Source: a virus
Taxonomy: Duplodnaviria; Caudoviricetes
Direction: 5' to 3' (one strand)
Length of the DNA: 31,376 bases
Virus record (IMG/VR): IMGVR_UViG_3300033512_000127
Coordinates: 1-31,376 of that record
Under the pieces are notes generated by a model. It had not been told where the DNA came from and ran no database searches. It saw nothing but the letters and a program-made list of their open reading frames with translations. The position numbers were made by a program, and so were the translations under genes. The stretch's first letter is position 1. The number at the start of each line of letters is the position of its first letter. Positions 1-9,738 of this stretch are shown here, piece after piece.

Positions 1-141
1 AATTATTTTACCACAACCGAAATATTAAATGATGTTTATAAAGACAGAGCAACCAATGTATATCTAACTGATACAGAGGCTTACAATGCGGTTTATAATC
101 CAACACAAAGAGCTTTAAATGTTAATATTTTAAATCTTGCA
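1..141. repeat. 141-bp terminal overlap, left copy (circular assembly junction)
   Basis: Bases 1-141 are identical to 31236-31376. Confidence 0.97.
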
Positions 142-1878
142 GATATTCCTTTGAATATAACTGTTGTGAGTAATTATTCAGCACTACCAAATCCAACAAC
201 TGTTACTGGAAGATATTTTTGGGTATCTAATAGTCAAGGAACTAAATGGTTGCCTGGTTCACTTGGTGGAACTTATTATAACTCAGGTTTATACTTCTCT
301 AATGGAGCAACTTGGGAATTTATGGAAGTTCCTTATCAAGCAACGCAACAAGAGGTTAATGGTGGATTGATTTATGATAAGTTCTTAACACCATTGACAT
401 TTGAAAATGCAGATAAGTGGTATGATATTCCAAATATAACAAAAGAACCTACTGGATTTCGTTATCCTGATTTAATGTCAGTAACTTATGACTATCCAAA
501 TAGAACTATAATTTTATCTGGACAAGTTGAAGCATATTGGCGTGGTAGAAAAATTGCAGCATTAGTAGATGGTTGGGTATCAACACCTCACCCTATTACA
601 TCAGATAATTATTTCTTATATTATGATGGAACTAATTTTGTTTGGGATACTAATCCTTGGACATTTGATTTAGTTCAAATTTCTTATGTTTCAAAAGATA
701 CTTACGCAATTAGAGAATGTCATAGTTTAATGCCTTGGGATGTTCACGAAGAATTTCACAGAACAACTGGTACATATCGTAAAAGTGGTGGTGATATTTT
801 AAGCTACACATTAGCTTCGACAACAGTTGCAAATAGAAGACCTGATATTTCATCTACAACATTGGCAGATGAAGATTTAGTAACAGTAAATTCTCAATTA
901 ACATCTAAATTATATACACATAGATATTTAACAGGAACTGATGTAGTTAATTTTACTTTAAATTCGGCAGATATAATTCAATTAAATGTTAATCAACCAT
1001 ATTATAATAAATGGAATGGTAGTGCTTGGGTTCAAACTTTATTTCCTGTAAATGCTTATGGAGCAATATTCGTATTAGCCGCACCAGTTACAGCAGATGA
1101 TAGGTCACAAGGATATAGATACCAATTTATTCAACCACAAACTGTAAATACGAATTTGGCAACTATTAAATCATTAACATCTCAATCTGTTAATATTGGA
1201 AATCCTAACACTATTAGTCCCGAGTATAATTATATTGGTAAAATTATTATTAGATATTCAGCAGGAAACTGGACGCTTATTTCAGTTGAAAAATTAGCTG
1301 GAACATCAAACAATTCAATTTCTGTTAATGGTGGAACTATTAGCCAAGTAACTACCACAGGCAAATTATTATCTGGTGTAGGAACTCCGTCTAATCCTTT
1401 ATATACAATCGATTTGAATGGTTTTATTGATTATAATCACTCTGGAACAACTCAATCTTATACCACAGGAAATTTAAAAGTATTGAATGATGGAGCAGGT
1501 ATTTATACTTTAAAGACTTATAAACCATTTGGAGTAACTGAATTATGGAATACTGTAACAAATCAATTTAACTTTGCTGATTTAAGTCTTGGTGATGAAG
1601 TAACTATAAGAACTGATGGAAATGTAACTACTACAGCAAATAATCAAATATTTGGTACTAAGTTATCAATGTCAATAGGCGTAAATCCTTATGAAATACA
1701 AGTTGGACAAAGTTATTATAAGACAATAGGAACATATCCTACAACAAGATTTGTTAAATTCTATATTGGCAATACAGACACTTTAAATAATCCAGCCGAA
1801 TTATTATTCTATTCAGATGCAGCTGCAACATTAACTGTTACAGGATTTTATATCAGTGTATTAAGAAGAAACAATTAA
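1..1878 (+). CDS. Tail fibre / virion structural protein, ~627 aa, spanning the circular junction (true start ATG at 31230)
   Basis: Frame 1 is open from base 1 and continuous with ATG GCA at 31230-31235, adding 52 aa (MANYFTTTEILNDVY...) to the 575-aa TTG-started track ORF. Thr/Asn/Gly-rich beta-type sequence with an 'ATQQEV' fibre-type motif, located among baseplate/fibre genes. Confidence 0.7.
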   Translation, partial: NYFTTTEILNDVYKDRATNVYLTDTEAYNAVYNPTQRALNVNILNLADIPLNITVVSNYSALPNPTTVTGRYFWVSNSQGTKWLPGSLGGTYYNSGLYFSNGATWEFMEVPYQATQQEVNGGLIYDKFLTPLTFENADKWYDIPNITKEPTGFRYPDLMSVTYDYPNRTIILSGQVEAYWRGRKIAALVDGWVSTPHPITSDNYFLYYDGTNFVWDTNPWTFDLVQISYVSKDTYAIRECHSLMPWDVHEEFHRTTGTYRKSGGDILSYTLASTTVANRRPDISSTTLADEDLVTVNSQLTSKLYTHRYLTGTDVVNFTLNSADIIQLNVNQPYYNKWNGSAWVQTLFPVNAYGAIFVLAAPVTADDRSQGYRYQFIQPQTVNTNLATIKSLTSQSVNIGNPNTISPEYNYIGKIIIRYSAGNWTLISVEKLAGTSNNSISVNGGTISQVTTTGKLLSGVGTPSNPLYTIDLNGFIDYNHSGTTQSYTTGNLKVLNDGAGIYTLKTYKPFGVTELWNTVTNQFNFADLSLGDEVTIRTDGNVTTTANNQIFGTKLSMSIGVNPYEIQVGQSYYKTIGTYPTTRFVKFYIGNTDTLNNPAELLFYSDAAATLTVTGFYISVLRRNN

Positions 1879-1892
1879 AAAAATAATTAACT

Positions 1893-2258
1893 ATGCTTTT
1901 ATTCACAGTGTTAGAAGTTGTACAGGCTATTCCAGGTCAGTCAATACTTGATAAATCTATCTTAGGGATATTCAGTCTTGTATTTATGGGTGCTATTGCA
2001 TTTATATATAAACAAATGATAGATTCACAGAAGGCTCAAACAGAGCAACATAAACAACAAATGGATATGATGATAAAGAAACTTGATGAATCGGAAAGAG
2101 ATAGAGATGCTATCTATAATAATTATCTTGACCATTTTAAGACATCTGAGCAATCTTTATTGCAAATCATTTCAAAAAATACTGACGCGTTCAGCCAACT
2201 TAATCAAACAGCGGTCAAGTTAATCTTAGTAATTGAAAATAAATTAAATATTCACTAA
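1893..2258 (+). CDS. Single-TM membrane protein with coiled-coil tail (holin candidate)
   Basis: Hydrophobic segment SILGIFSLVFMGAIAFIY followed by a Gln/Glu/Lys coiled coil. Confidence 0.5.
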   Translation: MLLFTVLEVVQAIPGQSILDKSILGIFSLVFMGAIAFIYKQMIDSQKAQTEQHKQQMDMMIKKLDESERDRDAIYNNYLDHFKTSEQSLLQIISKNTDAFSQLNQTAVKLILVIENKLNIH

Positions 2259-3142
2259 TGGCTCATTCAATAGACGAAATATATCAAGCTATACAAGCAG
2301 AAAAAAATACAATGTCAGTTATTAATTCTAAATTGACTAACGAAGATGGTTCTACTACTTTAAATTCCGAACAAGATTTATTGATAAGTTTACAAACTAC
2401 TTCAAAAGTATCTATTTGGAAGTTATGGGCATATATCTTTGCAGTTGTATCTAACTTTTTAGAGCAATCTTGGGATAATTTTAAACTTATTTTAGAAGGA
2501 ATTAAAGATACTACAGCTGTTTATACCGCTAAATGGTGGACTGAAAAGGCAAAAGAATGGCAATATGGTTATCAATTAGAATCATTATCTGATAATAGTT
2601 TAGGCTATTCTGCAACTGATTTAGCTGCTCAATTAATAGAACACGCTGCCGTAACAGATATTCCTGGAAAAGTTAGCTTAAAAGTAAGACGAAAAGATAC
2701 TGATATATTATCTGTACTTGAACTTGCATCATTTGAAAGTTATATAGCTAAATTAAAACCTATTGGAGATAGAGTTATTATAACAAATTATCAAGCAGAT
2801 GATATTAAATTATATTATACTATTTATTATGACCCATTTTATGCTTCAACAATAGTATCTGCGGTTAATTCTGTAATTAATGATTATTTAAAGAATATAG
2901 GATTCAATAGTGAATTAAATGTTACCGATTTAACAGATGCGTTACAGGCGGTTTCTGGTGTAATAGACCCAGTATTTGTATCTGCCGAAGGCAAACATCA
3001 AGGAAGTAGTTATCAATCATTTACTAATTATTACACAGCTGTTGCTGGATATTGTAAAATCGATGCAACATTTCCACTTGGAACTTTACTAACAGATTAT
3101 CCATTACTTGGAACAATTCAATACATAGCTAAATCAATCTAA
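2258..3142 (+). CDS. Baseplate wedge protein (gpJ / Mu gp47-like, Bacteroidota type)
   Basis: Motifs SKVSIWKLWAYI and KWW..KAKEWQYG; J-like C-terminus (YLKNIGFNSEL..TDLTDALQAVSGV); followed by a gpI-like gene and a fibre. Confidence 0.75.
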   Translation: MAHSIDEIYQAIQAEKNTMSVINSKLTNEDGSTTLNSEQDLLISLQTTSKVSIWKLWAYIFAVVSNFLEQSWDNFKLILEGIKDTTAVYTAKWWTEKAKEWQYGYQLESLSDNSLGYSATDLAAQLIEHAAVTDIPGKVSLKVRRKDTDILSVLELASFESYIAKLKPIGDRVIITNYQADDIKLYYTIYYDPFYASTIVSAVNSVINDYLKNIGFNSELNVTDLTDALQAVSGVIDPVFVSAEGKHQGSSYQSFTNYYTAVAGYCKIDATFPLGTLLTDYPLLGTIQYIAKSI

Positions 3143-3145
3143 TTT

Positions 3146-3715
3146 ATGTTATTTCAAACAAAACAACTTTTATACGATTTAACGCCTATTAATTTAAGAA
3201 CTATTGAACATCAGGAATGGTTACAATCATTTACTATTCAATTGAATAAATTAAAAAATGATACAATGATTCCTGCGTACAATGCTTTAATATTTGATAC
3301 CACACATACTGGTCAAGTATTAAGTATGGAACATTATTTGAATACTATATTTAGTTTAGACTATCCAGTTCCTACAGTTCCAACATTTTCAATTTGGTTT
3401 GGAGATGGTTCATATCTTCCTGAGTTTTATATTTTCAACTTAGGTACAGACGCTAATAGCGATTTAAATAATTATGGAAGTGTTGACCCAGTTGACCCTA
3501 CAGATGGGCAAGCATATATTTTTGACGATGATGAATTTCCAACTGCAGATGATTTGCTTTATCTGTATGATATAACTGAATATGATGTATCAGATTATGA
3601 TTTCACAGTTAATATTCCAAGTACTATTGCAGATGCTACATTAATTAGTCAAGTTGAAAATATATTATTAAAATATAAAAAAGTTGGTAAAAGATATATA
3701 ATCTTAACCTATTAA
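3146..3715 (+). CDS. Baseplate wedge protein (gpI / Mu gp48-like)
   Basis: HTGQVLSMEHYLN, DFTVNIP and YKKVGKRY motifs; synteny after the J-like gene. Confidence 0.65.
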   Translation: MLFQTKQLLYDLTPINLRTIEHQEWLQSFTIQLNKLKNDTMIPAYNALIFDTTHTGQVLSMEHYLNTIFSLDYPVPTVPTFSIWFGDGSYLPEFYIFNLGTDANSDLNNYGSVDPVDPTDGQAYIFDDDEFPTADDLLYLYDITEYDVSDYDFTVNIPSTIADATLISQVENILLKYKKVGKRYIILTY

Positions 3716-3729
3716 AAAATGAAAGAAAT

Positions 3730-4650
3730 ATGAAAAGTGTAATAACTACTCAAACAGGCGGGATGCCATTCTATAAAAACCATATCCTTGGTTTTATGCA
3801 AGAAAGTTTACAAGAAATATCTAATGCTATTAGCAAAGGATTAAGTTTAGATGGTAATCCTTATATCGTAAATGGTTGTTTAATAACTGTTTCGGATAGT
3901 GGTGGGGTAAATCCATTACTTAATATAACTGCAGGAGCTATTTGGTATCTTGATGAAGTTTATTTAGTCGATACTGTTACAAATTTACCACTTCCTGCAT
4001 ATACTACTCAGTACGATGTTCAAACGACATATTCTTGGGATTTATCTGAAACAATAACTACTGCAGTTGTATTTAAAGATACTACATCGAAAAATATCCA
4101 TAAGATAAGAAAAGCTGTACTAACTTTAACACCAACTACTTGGAGTGGATTAATAAATCTTACAAAATTAGAAGATAAATTATTAAGATATGCAAGTGAG
4201 TCGCAAGCAGGATATATTCAAATTGCAACTAATTCAGAAGTACAAACACATTCTGGAACTAACAAAGCAGTAGTATCATCTCAATTAACAGAAATGATAA
4301 CTTATACAGGTGCAGATGTATCACTTGCTCCAACTTATTATGAAGTTAATGATAATTTTACTGGTTCTAATTTAAAATTAAGAGTGTTAAATAATGGATG
4401 GAAGCATCTTAGTGGATATGTTATTACAACATCTTCTGCTGGAAGTATGTTTTCCGAATTCGATTTATTAACAGATGGATTAATGGTTAATAGAGATTAT
4501 CATTTTGGGACTGGTTATAATTTAACAACTGCTGTAGGATATGCGATAGTTGGAAATACTTTTGATTCTAAATTAAAAATACGTAGAACAGATGGCACTG
4601 CTGGAATAGAAGCCAGTTCACAAATCTTTTTATCTATATTTTATTATTAA
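3730..4650 (+). CDS. Tail fibre (baseplate-attached)
   Basis: N-terminal TGGMPF, a GAIW..DEVY segment and the fibre repeat ASESQAGYIQIAT..EV; follows the wedge genes. Confidence 0.65.
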   Translation: MKSVITTQTGGMPFYKNHILGFMQESLQEISNAISKGLSLDGNPYIVNGCLITVSDSGGVNPLLNITAGAIWYLDEVYLVDTVTNLPLPAYTTQYDVQTTYSWDLSETITTAVVFKDTTSKNIHKIRKAVLTLTPTTWSGLINLTKLEDKLLRYASESQAGYIQIATNSEVQTHSGTNKAVVSSQLTEMITYTGADVSLAPTYYEVNDNFTGSNLKLRVLNNGWKHLSGYVITTSSAGSMFSEFDLLTDGLMVNRDYHFGTGYNLTTAVGYAIVGNTFDSKLKIRRTDGTAGIEASSQIFLSIFYY

Positions 4651-4675
4651 GACTTTTTTCTTGTTTCTTGTTTGG

Positions 4676-4703
4676 GGGAGTGGATTATTCTACTCCCTTT
4701 TTT
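4676..4703 (+). terminator. Rho-independent terminator ending the baseplate/fibre operon
   Basis: GGGAGTGGA-TTAT-TCTACTCCC hairpin (with G:U pairs) followed by T6. Confidence 0.85.
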
Positions 4704-4706
4704 GTA

Positions 4707-4730
4707 AACTAAATAAAAGACAAATATATA
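4707..4730 (+). promoter_or_regulatory. Class A motif AACT-N13-ATATATA upstream of the sigma gene
   Basis: The same bipartite motif recurs before three GIY-YIG genes. Confidence 0.55.
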
Positions 4731-4745
4731 AAATAAAAGATTATT

Positions 4746-5285
4746 ATGAGTGCAGAAGTTTATTTAGAATTACAAAAATTAATTACAAAATATATTGTTA
4801 TTAATTTTCCATCATTTTATCCAATAGCAAATGATATAGTTAATGATGTTTATATTAAAATTATTGAAAAAGGTAAGTATGATGCTACAAAAGGAGAATT
4901 ATCTACATATTATTTAGCTATAACTAAGAATATGATATTAGATTTAATAAGAAAAAATCATACAGAAAAGAAAAGAAATGATGTATATCTTGATAAATAC
5001 GATTTAAGAGATATAACTTATAACGAAGATATTGAAGAAACAGATGATTTTAAAATTGATAATGAAGTAAATAAAATATTAGATACTTTAACAAGAGTTG
5101 AAAAATACTTAACTATTGAAAAGATAATCAATAAAAAATCTAATAAAGAATTAATGGCGGAACTACAAATAACAGAAAAACGATTGAAGAGATATGTCGA
5201 TAAACTTAAATTAAAGTTAAGAGAGTTAGCATATGAAAATCCAATTTTAGTAGATTATATTAAAAATCATACTTCAAACGTATAA
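4746..5285 (+). CDS. Phage-encoded ECF-like sigma-70 family factor
   Basis: Region-2-like ANDIVNDVYIKI..KYDATKGELSTYYLAITKNMILDLIRK and region-4-like HTH (ILDTLTRVEK...SNKELMAELQITEKRLKRY); 179 aa. Confidence 0.8.
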   Translation: MSAEVYLELQKLITKYIVINFPSFYPIANDIVNDVYIKIIEKGKYDATKGELSTYYLAITKNMILDLIRKNHTEKKRNDVYLDKYDLRDITYNEDIEETDDFKIDNEVNKILDTLTRVEKYLTIEKIINKKSNKELMAELQITEKRLKRYVDKLKLKLRELAYENPILVDYIKNHTSNV

Positions 5286-5310
5286 TGATTGATAAAATAC
5301 AATATAGATT

Positions 5311-5670
5311 ATGAAAAAGAAAACTAAAACCGATGGTAAAAGTATTAGGCAAATAATGTTTTTTGAACAATATTATGAAAATAACTTTAATATTAAAAAG
5401 ACTTGTGATGCTTTAGGTATGACAAGACAGACATTCTATCTTTGGCTAAGAATTGATAAAGAATTTGCAGAACAATTTATTGAATCAAATAATTTTATTA
5501 CTAATCTAATTGTATCTGGATTTATTGAAGGTATAACAGATGATAATTTAGCTATCAGAATTAAATATCTTGCTGCAATTCCTCCGAGAATATTACTTAA
5601 AGCATTTGGCGAAGACCCAAATGAAGATGTTAATGTCAATATCAAAGACTTTAAATATAAAATAAAGTAA
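5311..5670 (+). CDS. terS: Terminase small subunit (HTH)
   Basis: NIKKTCDALGMTRQTFYLWLRIDKEFAE HTH; directly upstream of TerL. Confidence 0.75.
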   Translation: MKKKTKTDGKSIRQIMFFEQYYENNFNIKKTCDALGMTRQTFYLWLRIDKEFAEQFIESNNFITNLIVSGFIEGITDDNLAIRIKYLAAIPPRILLKAFGEDPNEDVNVNIKDFKYKIK

Positions 5671-5679
5671 GTAAAACTA

Positions 5680-6918
5680 ATGGAAATTGAAGGAGCTTCT
5701 TTACATAAAAGACAAAAAGAAATAGTATCTGATATTATTAAGTCGGATGCTAAATATTTTATAATAAATGCCAGTCGTCAGAGTGGTAAGTCGTTTAGTT
5801 TAAGTGAGTTGGTTAGATATTTTGCATTAAATGGAGTTAATCAAACTCTTCTTTATGTCACACCTACTTATGGATTAGCATCTACTTTCTTTGATAATAT
5901 AGTAGAATCTTTATACCAAATTCCAGTTATAAAAAGTGCTAATAAATCTACATTAACAATTTCATTTAGAAATAAATCTAAGTTGGTATTTAAATCGGCA
6001 GAACGTTTTGATAACATTAGAGGTTTGTCTGTGGACTATTTATTCTTAGACGAGTTCTCTTTCTTTAAAATTGGAGCTTGGGAAGCAATTAAGCCAACTG
6101 TTGCAGCTAAGATAAACTCAAAGGTTATTATAGCATCAACACCAAAAGGAAAAAATCTATTCTATGATTTGGCTATGTTAGGGCAATCTGGAAATAATAG
6201 ATATAAATACTACTTTATGCATTATACAGATAACCCAATGTATGATATGCAAGAAGTTGAAGATGCTAAAAGAGTTTTACCTGATAACATTTTCAGAACT
6301 GAATACGAAGCAGAGTTTTTAGATGATGGAGGTACTGTATTTAAGAATATAAAAGAAAGACAGTTAATATCTAAATGGTTACAGCCTATTCCAAATACTA
6401 AATATTATGCAGGACTTGATATTGGTAAACAAGATTCTACAGTATTAACTATTTTAGATATCTTTGGGAACGTAGTTTACATATTTAGAGCTAATTCAAA
6501 ATCATATAATTTAATAATAGATGATATTGTTAAAGTATTAAATCTATATAATCCATTAGTTTATGTTGAAACAAATGGTGTCGGTGATGTATTTTATGAT
6601 ATGTTGATATTAAAGTATAGAAATCTTGTTACTTGGAATAATAATAATACTTCCAAAACAAATTTAATAGAGTCTTTAATAGTATCTCTTGAAACAATGA
6701 ATTTGCCTACAAAAGAGTTATGTCCTGAATTAGATTTTGAATTGCAAGTATTTACATATCAATATAATCCAAAAACACGAACAATTCATTATGCTGCACA
6801 ATTACCACATCACGATGATACAGTTATAAGTTTGGCATTGGCAAATCTTTGTAAAAATGAGAATCAATTTGCTGGAAGTTATAAAAAATATAAAGTACCA
6901 AATAAATATTCATTTTAA
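5680..6918 (+). CDS. terL: Terminase large subunit
   Basis: Walker A ASRQSGKS, Walker B LFLDE, coupling motif ASTP, RNase H-like nuclease GLDIG ... HDDTVISLALA. Confidence 0.95.
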   Translation: MEIEGASLHKRQKEIVSDIIKSDAKYFIINASRQSGKSFSLSELVRYFALNGVNQTLLYVTPTYGLASTFFDNIVESLYQIPVIKSANKSTLTISFRNKSKLVFKSAERFDNIRGLSVDYLFLDEFSFFKIGAWEAIKPTVAAKINSKVIIASTPKGKNLFYDLAMLGQSGNNRYKYYFMHYTDNPMYDMQEVEDAKRVLPDNIFRTEYEAEFLDDGGTVFKNIKERQLISKWLQPIPNTKYYAGLDIGKQDSTVLTILDIFGNVVYIFRANSKSYNLIIDDIVKVLNLYNPLVYVETNGVGDVFYDMLILKYRNLVTWNNNNTSKTNLIESLIVSLETMNLPTKELCPELDFELQVFTYQYNPKTRTIHYAAQLPHHDDTVISLALANLCKNENQFAGSYKKYKVPNKYSF

Positions 6919-6927
6919 TAATTCTAA

Positions 6928-6960
6928 ACGTAAAATGATTAATACCGAAATAATAAAATA
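6928..6960 (+). promoter_or_regulatory. Class B motifs ACGTAAAAT (6928-6936) and ATACCGAAATAATAAAATA (6942-6960)
   Basis: The 19-mer is repeated exactly at 7379-7397; ACGTAAAAT recurs before several structural genes. Confidence 0.65.
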
Positions 6961-6969
6961 GTCAAGTAA

Positions 6970-7374
6970 ATGAAATATATTACAATACAAGATTTAACAT
7001 CTTTAATTAAAAAGAATATAATAGATGATTTATCTGAAGATAATTATACTTTGTTAAACTCGTTAGAAAGTTTAGCTGTATCTGAAATAGATGCAAATAT
7101 AGGATATAAATTTGATGTTGATGCTGCTTTAACGAGCAAACACCAATTCTTAATTATGATATTAATAGATTTATTAATATATCATTTTGAAAGTAGAATG
7201 AGTCATACAGGAGTTGAACAAATAAGGCAAGAACGTTATGATAGAGTTCAAAAATGGTTATCCGATGTCGCAGTTGGTAAAATAGCTCCTGGATTACCAG
7301 AGAAACAAACTCCAATTGAATATAAATCTACAAATATATATCAGACTAATACTCAAATGAGTCACGTTTGGTAG
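6970..7374 (+). CDS. Head-tail adaptor, Mu gp36 / DUF1320-like
   Basis: MKYIT..DL start and RQERYDRVQKWLSDVAVGKI motif. Confidence 0.85.
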   Translation: MKYITIQDLTSLIKKNIIDDLSEDNYTLLNSLESLAVSEIDANIGYKFDVDAALTSKHQFLIMILIDLLIYHFESRMSHTGVEQIRQERYDRVQKWLSDVAVGKIAPGLPEKQTPIEYKSTNIYQTNTQMSHVW

Positions 7375-7378
7375 AACG

Positions 7379-7397
7379 ATACCGAAATAATAAAATA
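7379..7397 (+). promoter_or_regulatory. Class B variant ATACCGAAATAATAAAATA upstream of the portal gene
   Basis: Identical to 6942-6960. Confidence 0.65.
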
Positions 7398-7402
7398 TTG
7401 AT

Positions 7403-8629
7403 ATGAAATTTAGAGATAAAATTATTAATTTATTCAGTAAAGAAGAAGTTCAGGCAACAGTCAAAACAGTTCCAACAAATACTAAAACTAAAACTGTATT
7501 TGAATTTGCTAATAAACAAAATTATAGAATTACATCAACTACTAAAAAGTGGAGAGATTCATTAAGTTATGCAGAAGATTGGGAAAATCCTAATAGAGCA
7601 GAATTGTTAAGAGTTTATAAAGAAGCTGTTTTAGATTCTACTATTAGAAATTCTATGGATATTAGAATACAAAGAATATTATCTGCACCATTTAATATAG
7701 TAAATTCAGATAATAGTATTGCTGAAGATGCTGAAAATATATTTAGAAGTAATTGGTTTGAAAAATACTTAAGTTATGTTATGGAATCTATATTTTATGG
7801 CCATAGTTTAATTCAAATCGATGCAATTGAAAATGGTACGGTAAAAGATGTATCTTTAATTCCAAGAGAAAATGTAATTCCTGAATTTGCATTGTTTAAG
7901 AAAGCAGAATATGATATGAAAGAATCTGCTATTGATTATACTACTCCAAAAGTTTATAAATGGTTATGCGAGGCTTATAAAGATAGAAGAGATATCGGTT
8001 TATTAAATTCTGTTGTTCAATATCATATATCAAGAAAGATAGCTAATCAAGCCTGGACACAGTTTGTTGAAAAATTTGGCGAACCTATTATAATTGGTAG
8101 AACTAATAGCAATTTAGAATCAGAAAAGAATGATTTAAAAGATTTCCTTAGTGGATTATCTCTTAGTAGTTCTGCTGTACTTGATAAACAAACTGATATT
8201 GAATTTAAAGAAACAAGTAGAGCAGATGCATATAGTGTTTATAAAGAACTAATTAACAGCACACGAGATGATATTAATACAGTTATACTTGGTGGAACTG
8301 AATTAACAAGTGGTGGACAAGGTGGAAGTGAAGCAAGAGCTACAGTACATTCTGAACAAAGTAATTACAAGACAAAAGCCGATATAAGATTCATATTAAA
8401 TAATGTCAATAATGTTTTAATTCCTAAATTAAAAGAACTTGGATTAATTAATAAAGATATTAAATTTGAATTTGCAAGTGATGATAATATTACTCCAAGC
8501 GAAAAGATTAAAATCGACAAAGAATTAATGAATGCAGGTTATAAATTATCTGACGAATATATATCAAAAATTTATGAAGTTGAGTTAGTTAAGCCAAAAG
8601 AAACAGAATCAAATGGAACAAACGTATGA
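7403..8629 (+). CDS. Portal protein, Mu gp29 / DUF935-like
   Basis: ESIFYGHS, WTQFVEKFGEP, ILGGTELTS and ARATVH motifs. Confidence 0.9.
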   Translation: MKFRDKIINLFSKEEVQATVKTVPTNTKTKTVFEFANKQNYRITSTTKKWRDSLSYAEDWENPNRAELLRVYKEAVLDSTIRNSMDIRIQRILSAPFNIVNSDNSIAEDAENIFRSNWFEKYLSYVMESIFYGHSLIQIDAIENGTVKDVSLIPRENVIPEFALFKKAEYDMKESAIDYTTPKVYKWLCEAYKDRRDIGLLNSVVQYHISRKIANQAWTQFVEKFGEPIIIGRTNSNLESEKNDLKDFLSGLSLSSSAVLDKQTDIEFKETSRADAYSVYKELINSTRDDINTVILGGTELTSGGQGGSEARATVHSEQSNYKTKADIRFILNNVNNVLIPKLKELGLINKDIKFEFASDDNITPSEKIKIDKELMNAGYKLSDEYISKIYEVELVKPKETESNGTNV

Positions 8630-9104
8630 TTTTAGAGAATGGCAAAACACATTCAATCAAATATTAAGAAATGCACAAACAATAACTGATGAAGTAAATG
8701 ATTATCTGTTAGATTATTTCAAATCTTGTTTTGATACTAAAAGTTTTGGTACAACTCAATGGAAACCATCTGTTTGGAATGAAGACACTCTTGTTGAAAG
8801 TGGTGAATTGAAAAGAAGTATTAAAACTATATCTAAAAGTATATCAGAAATCCATATAGAATCAGGTTTGGCATATTCAGCAATTCATAATTATGGAGGA
8901 ACTATTAGAGTCACAGATAAAATGATTGCATTCTTTTGGGCTAAGTATAAACAAACTGGCAAAGAGCAATGGAAGAATATGGCACTCACAAAAAAATCAT
9001 TCATAATAATGCCTCAAAGACAATTTATGGGGACTAATCCAGAAATTGAAAACCAAGTTAAGAATATAATCTTTGATGTATTAAATAGAAAATTAAAACA
9101 ATAA
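8613..9104 (+). CDS. Phage virion morphogenesis (Mu gpG-like neck/tail completion) protein
   Basis: TLVESGELKRSI, YSAIHNYGG and MPQRQFMG motifs. Confidence 0.9.
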   Translation: MEQTYDFREWQNTFNQILRNAQTITDEVNDYLLDYFKSCFDTKSFGTTQWKPSVWNEDTLVESGELKRSIKTISKSISEIHIESGLAYSAIHNYGGTIRVTDKMIAFFWAKYKQTGKEQWKNMALTKKSFIIMPQRQFMGTNPEIENQVKNIIFDVLNRKLKQ

Positions 9105-9122
9105 TAAAAAAGCAATGCTATT

Positions 9123-9689
9123 ATGGTATCATTTATATACAAAAGTTTACAATATTTTATAACTCAGAGAATACCTGAAATAAAATATATCTCTCTTTAT
9201 AATAATCAGTTTAATAATTCACAAACTAATAGACCAATTCCATATCCAGCTGTATTGATTGAGATATTGCCTATCACTTTTCAGAATCTTGCAAATCAAA
9301 TGCAATATGCAGAAGTTAATATTAATCTCCATTTTGGTACAGAAATTTATAATGGATTTGATAGAAATGATGCTATGCAAGATAGAAGTTTAGAACATCT
9401 TAGTTTGTTAGATAAATTATATGTTGGATTAAATAGAGTTAATTCTGAAATACTGCCCGATGAATTTAAAAATGAATTCTATTTACAATCGGCTTTTAAT
9501 AGAACTGGATTACAATTAAATCTATACAATTCTGTTGTTAATCATAGTATTATTACAGGTAAATTTATTATCTATGATTCAAGTGCTGTTAAACGATATA
9601 ATGAATTTGAATTGGAAGATATTAATGTTAAATCATTTTATATTCCTGTTACAGAAAATACAACAGTCAAAGAACTAATAATTAAATAG
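9123..9689 (+). CDS. Tail terminator (Mu gp37-like)
   Basis: IKYISLYNNQF...PIPYPAVLIEI motif; synteny after the gpG-like gene. Confidence 0.65.
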   Translation: MVSFIYKSLQYFITQRIPEIKYISLYNNQFNNSQTNRPIPYPAVLIEILPITFQNLANQMQYAEVNINLHFGTEIYNGFDRNDAMQDRSLEHLSLLDKLYVGLNRVNSEILPDEFKNEFYLQSAFNRTGLQLNLYNSVVNHSIITGKFIIYDSSAVKRYNEFELEDINVKSFYIPVTENTTVKELIIK

Positions 9690-9711
9690 TAGGCTGTTAT
9701 AAAAAATCAAT

Positions 9712-9721
9712 ACGTAAAATA
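9712..9721 (+). promoter_or_regulatory. Class B motif ACGTAAAATA upstream of protease/capsid
   Basis: Exact 10-mer shared with 13371, 23408 and 28521. Confidence 0.7.
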
Positions 9722-9738
9722 AATAATAATAACAAAAT

